From Nitrospirota bacterium (lineage in GTDB: Bacteria > Nitrospirota > UBA9217): 64,000 nucleotides of DNA. A program made the translations under genes and the position numbers. This document shows, one piece after another, positions 29,154 to 38,236 of the stretch (position 1 is its first letter; every line of letters begins with the position of its first letter). The notes under the pieces were generated by a model, which had not been told where the DNA came from, made no database searches, and saw only the letters and a list, made by a program, of their open reading frames with translations. The stretch covers positions 1,088,001 through 1,152,000 of the forward strand of contig OY760142.1 of NCBI GenBank assembly GCA_963663225.1, written 5' to 3'.

Positions 29154-30877
29154 CTCGTCACCAGGAGCATTTTCCCTCCCGCGTCATCCGGCGGCACCTG
29201 CAGATACGCAAGGCTCTGCTCCGCCACGGTCTTGAACACGGGAGCAGCAACGCTGCCGCCATAGATGACTCCTTCCGGAGTGTCGACCATTACGAGAATG
29301 ACCAGTTTTGGAGAGTTTGCCGGTACAAAACCAGCAAAGGAACTGACATAATCTTTCTTCGAGTACATGCCGGTCTTGTGGTCTATCTTTTGCGCTGTTC
29401 CCGTTTTGCCTGCCGCCGTATAGCCGGCCGGCCGTGCCTTTTGCCCGGTGCCGGTCTCCACCGCCTCCCGCAGCATCTTTGTCACCTTGGCGGCGGTTTC
29501 CTGGGTAATCGCACGGCGCACCGGCTGCGGTTCAATTTTATTTCCTTCGCCGCTGCCATGGCCGATGATCTGCGACACGACATACGGCCTCATAAGCACG
29601 CCGCCGTTCGCGAGCGCGCAATACGCCGCGGCCATTTGCAGCGGCGTCACGCCGACTTCCTGGCCGATTGCAATGGAACCGATGGACACCCCGGACCATG
29701 TGCGATGGTCTTTCAACAAACCGGGGATTTCCCCCGAGATATCAGACCCTGTTTTACTCCCGAATCCAAATGCGGTGATGTATTTTGCAAAACGTTCTTT
29801 TCCCAGCTTTACGGCGACCTTTATCGTGCCCACGTTGCTCGATTGCGCGATCACATCGGTAAAGGTCAGCACCCCATGCTTTTCTGCATCATTGATTACC
29901 CGGTCGGCAATCTGAATTTTTCCTGCTGAGCAGTCAAATCGTTCAAGAGGATGAACCACCCGTTCTTCCAACGCTGCCGCCGCAAGAATCGGTTTAAAAA
30001 TCGAACCGGGCTCAAAGGCATCGGTCACCGTCCGATTCCGCCATTCACCTGGTTTAGAGCGCTGCGGCTCGTTGGGGTTGAATACCGATTTTCCGCCGGC
30101 AGTGCGCACCGCAAGGGCGAGCACTTCACCGGTCCACGGATTCATGACGATGCAGACTCCGCCTTTTGCCTGTGTATTCACGAGGGCGGCATCAAGCCCT
30201 TTTTCCGCAATATGCTGTATCACCTCGTCAATGGTAAGGGTAATATCACTGCCCGGTTTCGGCAGTTTATATTGCAGTCCTGATCCTCCCGGAAATACCG
30301 TTCTTCCTCGCGCGTCTTTTTCTGCCAGGACCCATCCTTCGGTGCCCCGCAGGATTTTATCGTACGTGCGCTCCAGACCCTCAATGCCTTTGTTGTCTAC
30401 ATCGGTAAAGCCGAGGAGCGGTCCTGCAAGGGTTTTCTTGGGATAAAACCGCTTCGACTCTAGCCGGATGCCGATTTCTCTCGTGCCGAGTTCCTTCACT
30501 TTCTCGGTCTTGCCCGGCTCGACTTTGCGGCTGAGCCAGACAAAGTGTTTATCTCCCGCAAGCCGCTGTTCGAGAGCGCGGGGATCTTCCCTGAGTATCC
30601 GGGACAGCTTCTGTGCAAGCGCCCGGGGATTATCGACTTCCGCCGGCACCCCGTACACTGAGTCCACGTCCAGGCTTACTGCAAGCTCCCTGCCCATGCG
30701 GTCGTAGATCGTGCCCCGTTTTGGCTCAATCTTTACCAGCCGTTCCTGCTGCCGCTCCGCGCGTCCTGCAAGCGCGGACCGCTGATAGACCTGGAGATAC
30801 ACAAGCCGCAGGGCGATGAGTCCAAAACACACGCACATCAACAGCAATATTACGAGTATTCTTCCCCGTTTTTCCAT
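29150..30877 (-). CDS. ftsI: Class B penicillin-binding protein FtsI
   Basis: RGTIYDR, EPGSIFK (SxxK), SSN and KTGT motifs. Confidence 0.95.
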   Translation of the reverse strand: MEKRGRILVILLLMCVCFGLIALRLVYLQVYQRSALAGRAERQQERLVKIEPKRGTIYDRMGRELAVSLDVDSVYGVPAEVDNPRALAQKLSRILREDPRALEQRLAGDKHFVWLSRKVEPGKTEKVKELGTREIGIRLESKRFYPKKTLAGPLLGFTDVDNKGIEGLERTYDKILRGTEGWVLAEKDARGRTVFPGGSGLQYKLPKPGSDITLTIDEVIQHIAEKGLDAALVNTQAKGGVCIVMNPWTGEVLALAVRTAGGKSVFNPNEPQRSKPGEWRNRTVTDAFEPGSIFKPILAAAALEERVVHPLERFDCSAGKIQIADRVINDAEKHGVLTFTDVIAQSSNVGTIKVAVKLGKERFAKYITAFGFGSKTGSDISGEIPGLLKDHRTWSGVSIGSIAIGQEVGVTPLQMAAAYCALANGGVLMRPYVVSQIIGHGSGEGNKIEPQPVRRAITQETAAKVTKMLREAVETGTGQKARPAGYTAAGKTGTAQKIDHKTGMYSKKDYVSSFAGFVPANSPKLVILVMVDTPEGVIYGGSVAAPVFKTVAEQSLAYLQVPPDDAGGKMLLVTR

Positions 30878-30903
30878 TGCTTGCGATCCTTGATGCCCGC
30901 AGC

Positions 30904-30912
30904 ATTATAGCA
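30904..30912 (-). promoter_or_regulatory. Internal extended -10 promoter upstream of ftsI
   Basis: TGCTATAAT on the minus strand, 27-35 nt before the ftsI start. Confidence 0.5.
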
Positions 30913-30976
30913 TTCGTTTGCGAAAACCCGAATTTGCAGCCGGCCCGGCCAGCATTGCTGCAGCAATCGCTGCCAG

Positions 30977-31339
30977 CTATCTGACGGCATCCGGTCCCTG
31001 GTTATTCGAGCTCGATTTCTTTCCTTTTCTTTTTACGGCAACGATGTTTTCCTGCGCCGGCCTGACCATGCCCAGGCGCTTGACCGCGATCTCCTCAATG
31101 CGGGCCGGAGATGTCAGGCTCGACGATTCGATAAGAAGAGACCGGTTTTCGCGCTCCAAATCCTGTTTTTCACGCTCCAGCGCTTCGATCTGATAGCCGA
31201 GCCGCACGATTTTTACTTTGCCGCCTACGTACAGAATCAGACCGACAACGATCAGAAGCATGATAAAAATTCTGCTGAGATTCCCCCGCTTGCTTCGCTC
31301 GAGAACAACTGCGCCGATTTCACCAGCTCGTGTCGCCAT
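30977..31339 (-). CDS. ftsL: Cell division protein FtsL
   Basis: TM plus coiled coil, SPARIEEIAVKRLGM; between rsmH and ftsI. Confidence 0.9.
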   Translation of the reverse strand: MATRAGEIGAVVLERSKRGNLSRIFIMLLIVVGLILYVGGKVKIVRLGYQIEALEREKQDLERENRSLLIESSSLTSPARIEEIAVKRLGMVRPAQENIVAVKRKGKKSSSNNQGPDAVR

Positions 31340-31376
31340 AGGTAAACCTTTTCATCGAAGTTATTCAATCGCGGTA

Positions 31377-32345
31377 TTACAGTTTCTCCGCCGCTCTCAG
31401 CTTCGCGCTTCTCGCGGCGGGATTTCTCTCTACTTCCTCCGGTCCGGCCGTAACAGGCCGGCGCGTCAGCACGGTAAGCTCCGATTTTTTGCCGCAGGAG
31501 CAAGTCGGCATCTTCGGGGGGCACACGCATGCCCGTGCTGCCGCTGCGAAGGCCTGCTTTACAATGCGGTCTTCAAGAGAATGAAACGTGATGACCGCAA
31601 TGCGTCCGTGCGGTTTTACATGCGCAAGGATCTGATGGAGTCCGGTCCGCAGCGCTTCTATTTCGTCGTTTACTGCAATCCGCAGAGCCTGAAACGTCTG
31701 CGTCGCAGGATGTATGCGCCGGGGCGGATACGGTGGGAATACGCTTGCAACAATCCCGGCGAGCTGGGCTGTGCTGGCAATGGCACCCCGGGTCCGTGCC
31801 TTTTCTATCGCCCGTGCTATGGCTCCTGCTCTGCGTTCCTCGCCGTATTCATAAAAAATCTTCGCCAGTTCCTGGCGTGAAAGAGTGTTTACCATGTCCG
31901 CGGCGGTCGGGCCGTGGCTGTTTCTGTCCATCCGCATATCAAGCGGACCATCCAGCATGAAGCTGAAGCCCCGCTCCGGCGTTTTAAGGTGGAACCAGGA
32001 GACGCCGAGATCAAGCAGGACGCCGTCCACTGCCGGATGATTCGTTTCCAGCAGCACGCGTTCGATATTTCGAAAATTCTCCTGCCGGATAATGACCCGA
32101 TTCCCATAACCGGCAAGCGCTGTTGTGCATCGCTGAATCGCCTCGGCATCCTGGTCAATGCCGATCAGCACTCCGTCAGGCGCTGACCGTTTCAGAATTT
32201 CCGCTGCGTGCCCGCCCGCCCCGAGCGTTCCATCTACATACACACCGCCTGCTTTTGGATTCAGCAGATCAACCGCTTCGGTAAGCAGGACAGGAACATG
32301 TTCTAATTGCCGATTGCGAATTTCGGATATCGGATTGGTATTCAT
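31377..32345 (-). CDS. rsmH: 16S rRNA m4C1402 methyltransferase
   Basis: HVPVL, DGTLGAGGH, DLGVS, FQALRI and FHSLEDRIVK motifs. Confidence 0.97.
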   Translation of the reverse strand: MNTNPISEIRNRQLEHVPVLLTEAVDLLNPKAGGVYVDGTLGAGGHAAEILKRSAPDGVLIGIDQDAEAIQRCTTALAGYGNRVIIRQENFRNIERVLLETNHPAVDGVLLDLGVSWFHLKTPERGFSFMLDGPLDMRMDRNSHGPTAADMVNTLSRQELAKIFYEYGEERRAGAIARAIEKARTRGAIASTAQLAGIVASVFPPYPPRRIHPATQTFQALRIAVNDEIEALRTGLHQILAHVKPHGRIAVITFHSLEDRIVKQAFAAAARACVCPPKMPTCSCGKKSELTVLTRRPVTAGPEEVERNPAARSAKLRAAEKL

Positions 32346-32406
32346 GCTTCAATCCTCACAAAACCGTCCCTGCATTACAATCCGCATTTTGCAATCTACA
32401 ATTGAA
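32302..32406. repeat. Two inverted arrays of degenerate heptamer repeats flanking the rsmH start
   Basis: Minus strand AATCCGA-TATCCGA-AATTCGC-AATCGGC-AATTAGA (32302-32336); plus strand AATCCGC-ATTTTGC-AATCTAC-AATTGAA (32379-32406). Confidence 0.55.
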
Positions 32407-32412
32407 ATACGA

Positions 32413-32772
32413 TCAAAGCCCCAGCGGCAAATTGGTTGCGGGTTTTGCCACACCGAAGCTTTTCGCGGCCTGTTGGGTGGTGTCGAATACCTGAAACTCC
32501 TCCAGCACGCCGGTTGTACGGAAAATATTTTTGATGTACTCGGACATCCCTGCGAGCCGGATATCGCCACCGAAGGACTGGAGCCGCTTTTTTTCTTCCA
32601 CCAGCACCGAAAGGATTGTGAAATGTATATGTTCAACGGACTCAAAGTTCAGGATCAAACCGTACATCTCGCCTTTAATCAACTGACCGATGACCCGGCT
32701 GAGTTCCACCATCTTTGCCGCATCAATTTCGCCTTCCAGGTTCATTTGGTATGTTTTGATTTTTTCATCCAT
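32413..32772 (-). CDS. STAS-domain (anti-sigma antagonist-like) protein
   Basis: LEGEIDA, LILNFESVEHI and GGDIRLAGMSEYIKNIFRTTG; ATG 1 nt after the mraZ stop. Confidence 0.85.
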   Translation of the reverse strand: MDEKIKTYQMNLEGEIDAAKMVELSRVIGQLIKGEMYGLILNFESVEHIHFTILSVLVEEKKRLQSFGGDIRLAGMSEYIKNIFRTTGVLEEFQVFDTTQQAAKSFGVAKPATNLPLGL

Positions 32773-32773
32773 G

Positions 32774-33208
32774 TCATAAGCCCAGCGCGGCAAGTGCGTC
32801 GCCGATTTTGTCGCCATTTTGTGAATTCCTCGCCTCCCATGCCCCGGCGTCCCAGATTTCGATTTTATCAATAATTCCTACGAGCGTTACGCTTTTCGAT
32901 ATCCTCGCATGTTCACGGTGTGCAGTTGGAATCAGCAGACGGCCTTGCTTATCCAGTTCACATTCGGTCGCCGAGGAAAGCAAAAAACGCATGAAATCCT
33001 TCACCTCTTGCTTCATCATGGGAAGCGTCCTGATCTTTTCTTCAAGCCGCTCCCATTCCTCAAGAGGATATACGGTGAGACAGCGGTCATAATCCATGGC
33101 GAGCACGAGCCTTCCGTCATAGCGATCTGCTATAATCTCACGAAATCTCGACGGTACGCTCACCCTGCCTTTTGCGTCTACCGTATGTTCAAAGCTGCCG
33201 CGGAACAT
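32774..33208 (-). CDS. mraZ: Transcriptional regulator MraZ
   Basis: MFRGSFEHTVDAKGR, DKQGRLLIP and IEIWD motifs. Confidence 0.97.
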   Translation of the reverse strand: MFRGSFEHTVDAKGRVSVPSRFREIIADRYDGRLVLAMDYDRCLTVYPLEEWERLEEKIRTLPMMKQEVKDFMRFLLSSATECELDKQGRLLIPTAHREHARISKSVTLVGIIDKIEIWDAGAWEARNSQNGDKIGDALAALGL

Positions 33209-33224
33209 TTTCCCCCCGCTACAC

Positions 33225-33288
33225 CCACTCTATCCCACAATATACCACCTGTTGGCCAAAGTATATAATTCAGCCGCATCATTGTCAA
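33225..33288 (-). promoter_or_regulatory. dcw promoter with MraZ boxes
   Basis: TTGACA-17 nt-TATACT (33288-33260); three GTGG repeats at 10-bp spacing (33225, 33235, 33245). Confidence 0.8.
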
Positions 33289-33389
33289 GAAAAATATTAA
33301 TTTTTTGAGATGTTACGCAGTGGGAGGGCAGTTTGGTGCGTATTTTTTTGCGTGACAAGAGGGGACAAAATAAGTATCATATTAGAGCA

Positions 33390-33716
33390 ATGACAGATGA
33401 TTTCTTTATCAGCGCGGACGAGAGCCATATCAAGCGCGAAAAGGCAAAATCTCGTGAAATACGAGAGTCGCAGTGGTGGAAACGAAGACGCTCGACAGGA
33501 ATATGCTTTTACTGCGGAGGAACGTTCAAGCCTGCTGAGTTGACCATGGACCATCTCATCCCGATCGTGCGGGGAGGAAAATCCGTACACGGTAATATCG
33601 TCCCGGCATGCAAAGAATGCAATTCAAAAAAGAAATATCTTCTTCCCACGGAATGGGAAGCGTATCTCGAAACCCTGCAAAACACTAAACAATCAATATC
33701 CGATAGTCAGGACTAG
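33390..33716 (+). CDS. Small HNH endonuclease-family protein
   Basis: CFYC...LTMDHLIP..RGG...NIVPACKECN. Confidence 0.9.
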   Translation: MTDDFFISADESHIKREKAKSREIRESQWWKRRRSTGICFYCGGTFKPAELTMDHLIPIVRGGKSVHGNIVPACKECNSKKKYLLPTEWEAYLETLQNTKQSISDSQD

Positions 33717-33815
33717 ACTGCTTTGCAACAAAACTGACCTGTTTATCCACCTATATTCGTTTATACACACTATTATCATGCTGCTACCGCGATAAAACCG
33801 CTCAGTTCTGACCAC

Positions 33816-33851
33816 AAAAAAGCCGGTTTCTCCGGTGAAACCAGCTTCTTT
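33816..33851. terminator. Bidirectional terminator
   Basis: A-run, AAGCCGGTTTC/GAAACCAGCTT stem, T-run between convergent genes. Confidence 0.6.
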
Positions 33852-33894
33852 CGTAACTCTACTCTTTTTCCGTTTCAGTAATACGGTTCGCGAA

Positions 33895-34422
33895 TCAGTC
33901 AGCCTCCCTCACCCAATCCACTCTGGCAAGCTTGTTATCATGCGACCAGCGATAGGTAACTTTGCCGTGAAATGCTTTTCCGATCGCCCTTCCGATCCGC
34001 TGCGCCAGCTTCTCGTTCGTCGTGGAAATAACAATGCTGCCGTATCCATTCTCTTTTATGGCCATTACCCGCTCAAGAGGGTTTAATCCGCGGGCGCGGT
34101 TTTCCTCGTTCTTAATTAAATTCAGCAAGGCGTCTTTATGCGCGAGAACATACCCCCCCTTCAGCGTAACGATCCCGCCGGGGAAGTTGTCGCGTATTTT
34201 AAGGCATGCAGGGCAAACCACCGCCAGAGCATTGGGGTGAGTTGTTTCAGAGATGCTGATATCCGGGGCCGCATACCATCGTTTATTTCTGTACACGGCA
34301 TGGCACACTTCACACACAGAAATCTTGCTGCTCGCACCTCTCGGGAGATACGAATCCGTCGTGGCAGATTTTTTCTTGTAAGAAAGCTTGTAGCCCCGTG
34401 CATCCTTTGCGATCAGTTGCAT
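33895..34422 (-). CDS. BCAM0308-family (NMD3-like Zn-binding) protein
   Basis: CEVCHAVY..KRW, CPACLKI.D..PGG and NPLERVM...TTNEKLAQRIG. Confidence 0.8.
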   Translation of the reverse strand: MQLIAKDARGYKLSYKKKSATTDSYLPRGASSKISVCEVCHAVYRNKRWYAAPDISISETTHPNALAVVCPACLKIRDNFPGGIVTLKGGYVLAHKDALLNLIKNEENRARGLNPLERVMAIKENGYGSIVISTTNEKLAQRIGRAIGKAFHGKVTYRWSHDNKLARVDWVREAD

Positions 34423-34455
34423 AATGCCTCCCTCCTTGGTTCCTGCTGTAATGGT

Positions 34456-34674
34456 TCATTTCAGTTTTTTCTGTATTTCTGGAAACTGTTTTTTAAAATC
34501 CGGGACGGCTCGTGCGAGAAACATTTTCAGCGCCTTCAGTTCCGACTGCATGTCGCGGATTTCTTCAGATACTTCCGTTTCCTGTTTTTTCAGGGCGTCG
34601 GCAAGATTGGAAAGCGCCTTCTCCTGGATTTTAAGACGCTCTTCCGTGCTGATTGGGTTTCTCGCACTGTCCAT
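34456..34674 (-). CDS. Small coiled-coil hypothetical protein
   Basis: GAGG RBS, heptad pattern, co-oriented with neighbours. Confidence 0.6.
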   Translation of the reverse strand: MDSARNPISTEERLKIQEKALSNLADALKKQETEVSEEIRDMQSELKALKMFLARAVPDFKKQFPEIQKKLK

Positions 34675-34690
34675 GGCCGCCTCGTATTTG

Positions 34691-35002
34691 TCAGGTATGC
34701 AATTTTATTCCAAGCTTTTTCTCGACGGATGTTACTTTTTTCTCAAGGCGCTGCTCAATGCCTTTTCGATCATCAATGGAAATCTTCGTGATCACCCGTT
34801 CCGCCTCCCGCATCACCGCATCATGACATTGTTTCACCACACCCATCACGGTATCCCATTCTCCTTCGAGCACGGTCCCCATAGGATTGATTTTGTAGCT
34901 CACTCCGCTTTCCGTAACAATTTTCATAACCTGTGCTATTACGGGACTGATGCTTATTCCCTTGCCCATAGGAACCACGCTGAATTCCAACATGGTACTC
35001 AT
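34691..35002 (-). CDS. MTH1187/YkoF-like thiamine-binding family protein
   Basis: FSVVPMG, NPMGTVLEG and KISIDDR...KVTSV motifs. Confidence 0.9.
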   Translation of the reverse strand: MSTMLEFSVVPMGKGISISPVIAQVMKIVTESGVSYKINPMGTVLEGEWDTVMGVVKQCHDAVMREAERVITKISIDDRKGIEQRLEKKVTSVEKKLGIKLHT

Positions 35003-35291
35003 AGACTCTTGCCCCTCCTTCCCAAATCATCCGGCCATGACATTCTTGCTTCAAAACAAACCGGAAATCTGAATAATTTGAATAGTTTCAAAAGCAACGT
35101 TATTGCAATCATATAGTGCAGTTCCGACTTAAAAAATCATCTCTTGTTTAAGTATAGCTATTGTCTCTCCGGGTGTAAAGGTTGCGGCATTCTCCGAATT
35201 TCATTTACAAATCATACAACCGTATGAGATAATCTGCTCCCATACAGAAAAAGTATGACAATCGTCTGCGCCGGCCGGAGAACTACCGCTC

Positions 35292-36059
35292 ATGAGAGCC
35301 TTGCTCAAGTTCCTAACAATTACGCCCCTGCTGCTCACCTATATAATTGTTTCTATCGCGATTATGCTTTTGCCGCTCAATGCACGAAAAAAACGTGAGT
35401 ATGCCATACAAAACAGTTCTCTCTTCTCCCGTCCTATTCTGAGAATTCTTGGTGTACGAATTCATGTCAAGCACCGGGACCGTCTGCATGAAACACGGAA
35501 AAACTGCCTCATAGTCTCCAATCATCTTTCGTATGTCGACGTTTTCGTTTTATCCTCGCTCAAACCATCGGTATTTGTAACATCCATCGAACTGCGGAAC
35601 ACTTTTCTGCTCGGCACCATTGCCAGACTTGCCGGCTGCATCTTCGTAGAACGTCGAAAGGCAGCGGGCCTGAAAGCGGAAATCGAGCAACTGTCCGTTG
35701 CGCTCAGGCAGGGATTTCCCGTGGTTCTTTTTCCGGAAGGCACCACGTCTGACGGAGACGGCGTAATGCAATTTAAAAACTCTCTTTTTGCCTCGGCAAT
35801 TGCTGCGTACGTCGACATCATCCCGCTCTGTCTTCGCTACACCAGGATAGACGATAAACCGTTGACACAACAGAATCGTGATGCGGTTTTTTACTACGGA
35901 GGCGTCAGTCTCTTTCGGCACCTTCCCCGCCTTCTCGTATGCAAATCCGTGGATGTTGAGGTGAGGCCTCTCAAGACCATAACAGTCCTTTCCCATTATT
36001 CACGCAAGGACCTGGCTGCCAAAACCCACCATGCCATCAGCGCGGCGTACCACGAATAA
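35292..36059 (+). CDS. 1-acyl-sn-glycerol-3-phosphate/lysophospholipid acyltransferase
   Basis: NHLSYVD and FPEGTT motifs. Confidence 0.9.
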   Translation: MRALLKFLTITPLLLTYIIVSIAIMLLPLNARKKREYAIQNSSLFSRPILRILGVRIHVKHRDRLHETRKNCLIVSNHLSYVDVFVLSSLKPSVFVTSIELRNTFLLGTIARLAGCIFVERRKAAGLKAEIEQLSVALRQGFPVVLFPEGTTSDGDGVMQFKNSLFASAIAAYVDIIPLCLRYTRIDDKPLTQQNRDAVFYYGGVSLFRHLPRLLVCKSVDVEVRPLKTITVLSHYSRKDLAAKTHHAISAAYHE

Positions 36060-36173
36060 TCCTCTCCCCAGGAACACCGGGAAGAGGCATTTTTGCAGGA
36101 ACTTCTTGACTTTTTTCTCGTCAGTTGTTATTTTACCAGGCTCCTCAAAGAAGCGGGGTTTTGCCGAAAAATT

Positions 36174-37781
36174 ATGAGCTACGAAGATGAAATAAGCAAA
36201 CGAAGGACCTTCGCCATCATCAGCCATCCCGATGCGGGCAAGACGACCCTCACCGAAAAATTCCTGCTGTTCGGAGGGGCCATCCAGGTTGCCGGCGCGG
36301 TCAAGTCCAACAAGATCAGGAAAAGCACGGCTTCTGATTTTATGGACATTGAACGGCAGCGGGGCATCTCAGTGGCGACGTCGGTAATGGGTTTTGACTA
36401 CAACGGACTCAAAATCAATCTGCTGGACACGCCGGGCCACAAGGATTTTGCCGAGGACACCTATCGAACGCTTACCGCGGTTGACAGCGTGGTGCTCGTT
36501 GTCGATTGCGTAAAAGGCGTCGAAGAGCAGACCGAAAAGCTCATGCAGGTCTGCCGCATGCGCAGCACACCGGTCATTATCTTTGTAAACAAACTGGACC
36601 GGGAAGGCAAAAACCCGTTCGAGCTCCTGGACGAGCTCGAGTCAAAACTGGACATCAAAGTCCAGCCGCTTTCCTGGCCGATCAGCATGGGCACATCGTT
36701 CAAGGGCGTTTACAATCTGTACAATAACAGTTTGTATCTTTTCCGCCCGGGCGGTGTTACCGTTGCAGATGATGTGCTTGCCATCAAGGGTCTTGATGAC
36801 CCGATTCTGGACCAGCAACTGGGCGATTACGCCGCGAAACTGAAGGAAGACGTGGAGCTGATTGTCGGAACGCATGATCCTTTTGATGTGGACGCGTATC
36901 TTAAGGGCACCCTCGCGCCGGTTTTTTTCGGCAGTGCCATCAACAACTTCGGGGTCAAGGAACTGCTCGATACGTTTACCCACATTGCGCCCATCCCGGG
37001 CAGCAGACCGACTGATCAGCGGCTGGTCAGTTCTGACGAAAAAACTTTCAGCGGTTTTGTGTTCAAGATACACGCGAATCTCGATCCACGCCATCGCGAC
37101 CGCATTGCTTTTATCCGCATTTGTTCGGGAAAATTCGAACGAAACAAAATGTTCCATCATGTGCGCATGAACAAAAACATCCGCTTCACCAGTCCGGCAA
37201 GTTTTCTGGGAGCACGAAAGAGCATCGTTGATGAAGCGTTCCCCGGAGACGTAATCGGCTTGTATGACACGGGCAGCTTCAAAATCGGCGACACACTCAC
37301 CGAAGGCGAAAAAATCATGTTCCAGGGAATTCCCACCTTTTCCCCGGAAGTATTCAAAGAACTGATAAACCGTGATCCCGGAAAATCGAAGCAGCTTTCA
37401 AAAGGCATCGAACAGCTCACCGATGAAGGCGTGGCGCAACTCTTCACCCAGCAGCAGGGAAACAGAAAAATCGTGGGTACGGTGGGCGTTCTTCAGTTCG
37501 ATGTTCTCCAATACCGCCTGGAACATGAATATGGTGCAACCTGCCGCTTCGAGCCCATGGCCATTTACAAAGCATGCTGGATTACGGCTGCGGACAAGCA
37601 GGAACTGGATAAATTCTGCAGGTTCAAAGCAGAGCGCATTGCCACGGACAAGGACGGCAACACCGTTTTTCTTGCCGAGTCAGAATGGGTGCTCAGAAAC
37701 ATGATCGAAGCCTATCCAGAAGTCACCTTTCACTTCAACTCAGAATTCAAGCGGGAGATGCAGAAGTCCACGGCATCCTGA
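36174..37781 (+). CDS. prfC: Peptide chain release factor 3
   Basis: [24 protein letters not shown] and NKLD motifs. Confidence 0.97.
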   Translation: MSYEDEISKRRTFAIISHPDAGKTTLTEKFLLFGGAIQVAGAVKSNKIRKSTASDFMDIERQRGISVATSVMGFDYNGLKINLLDTPGHKDFAEDTYRTLTAVDSVVLVVDCVKGVEEQTEKLMQVCRMRSTPVIIFVNKLDREGKNPFELLDELESKLDIKVQPLSWPISMGTSFKGVYNLYNNSLYLFRPGGVTVADDVLAIKGLDDPILDQQLGDYAAKLKEDVELIVGTHDPFDVDAYLKGTLAPVFFGSAINNFGVKELLDTFTHIAPIPGSRPTDQRLVSSDEKTFSGFVFKIHANLDPRHRDRIAFIRICSGKFERNKMFHHVRMNKNIRFTSPASFLGARKSIVDEAFPGDVIGLYDTGSFKIGDTLTEGEKIMFQGIPTFSPEVFKELINRDPGKSKQLSKGIEQLTDEGVAQLFTQQQGNRKIVGTVGVLQFDVLQYRLEHEYGATCRFEPMAIYKACWITAADKQELDKFCRFKAERIATDKDGNTVFLAESEWVLRNMIEAYPEVTFHFNSEFKREMQKSTAS

Positions 37782-37845
37782 TCCTTCTTTATCAACAAAT
37801 CACTTCACCGCAGTATCAAGCAAAAACATACCAAGTAAAACATTC

Positions 37846-37964
37846 CACGCAGCGCGTCTAGATCTCCGTTGTCCGCGCGTCGCTGTGCCGACCAGGGTCT
37901 GGATTGTCCGAATGTCGTAGTTAGCTTGCAGGAAATGCGCGGCAAATGAGTGCCGGAAGGTGTG
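37846..37964 (-). pseudogene. intI: Integron integrase C-terminal remnant
   Basis: [26 protein letters not shown], then after a 1-nt shift [13 protein letters not shown] (IntI-type pattern HSDVRTTMIYTH); the catalytic Tyr position is a TAG at 37858-37860. Confidence 0.85.
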
Positions 37965-38049
37965 CAATGCGCCTAGCGAGCTTCTGACACACCGCACCTG
38001 CACAAAACGGCATCATATTGTGCAAAAATATCAGAGGAGATATCAAACA

Positions 38050-38212
38050 TAAAGAAATAGTTAGACCTAACTATGCACGCATTTGGAATATTATCCCGAG
38101 TTATAAATATAGTTATATTTAATAGTCATATCAATTCGTTTTTTCATATTGCTTGACATGGTCGTTCTTTTTCGTTAAAGTCTGCAAAAAGTAGTCAATA
38201 AATGGTTAGTTT
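38050..38212 (+). promoter_or_regulatory. attI-like region and cassette promoter Pc
   Basis: Repeated TAAA..(A/G)GTTA cores (GTTAGAC 38060, GTTATAT 38112, GTTAGTT 38206); TTGACA-17 nt-TAAAGT at 38153-38181. Confidence 0.6.
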
Positions 38213-38236
38213 AATCTCTCTATTGGAGCCGCGGAC

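Noticed and set aside
32773-32871. Longer STAS start at 32871
   Set aside because: It would overlap mraZ by about 100 nt; ATG 32772 directly follows the mraZ stop.
37800-38003. 67-aa ORF as a functional recombinase
   Set aside because: Only the last catalytic boxes are present, with a frameshift and a stop at the catalytic Tyr, so it is a pseudogene.
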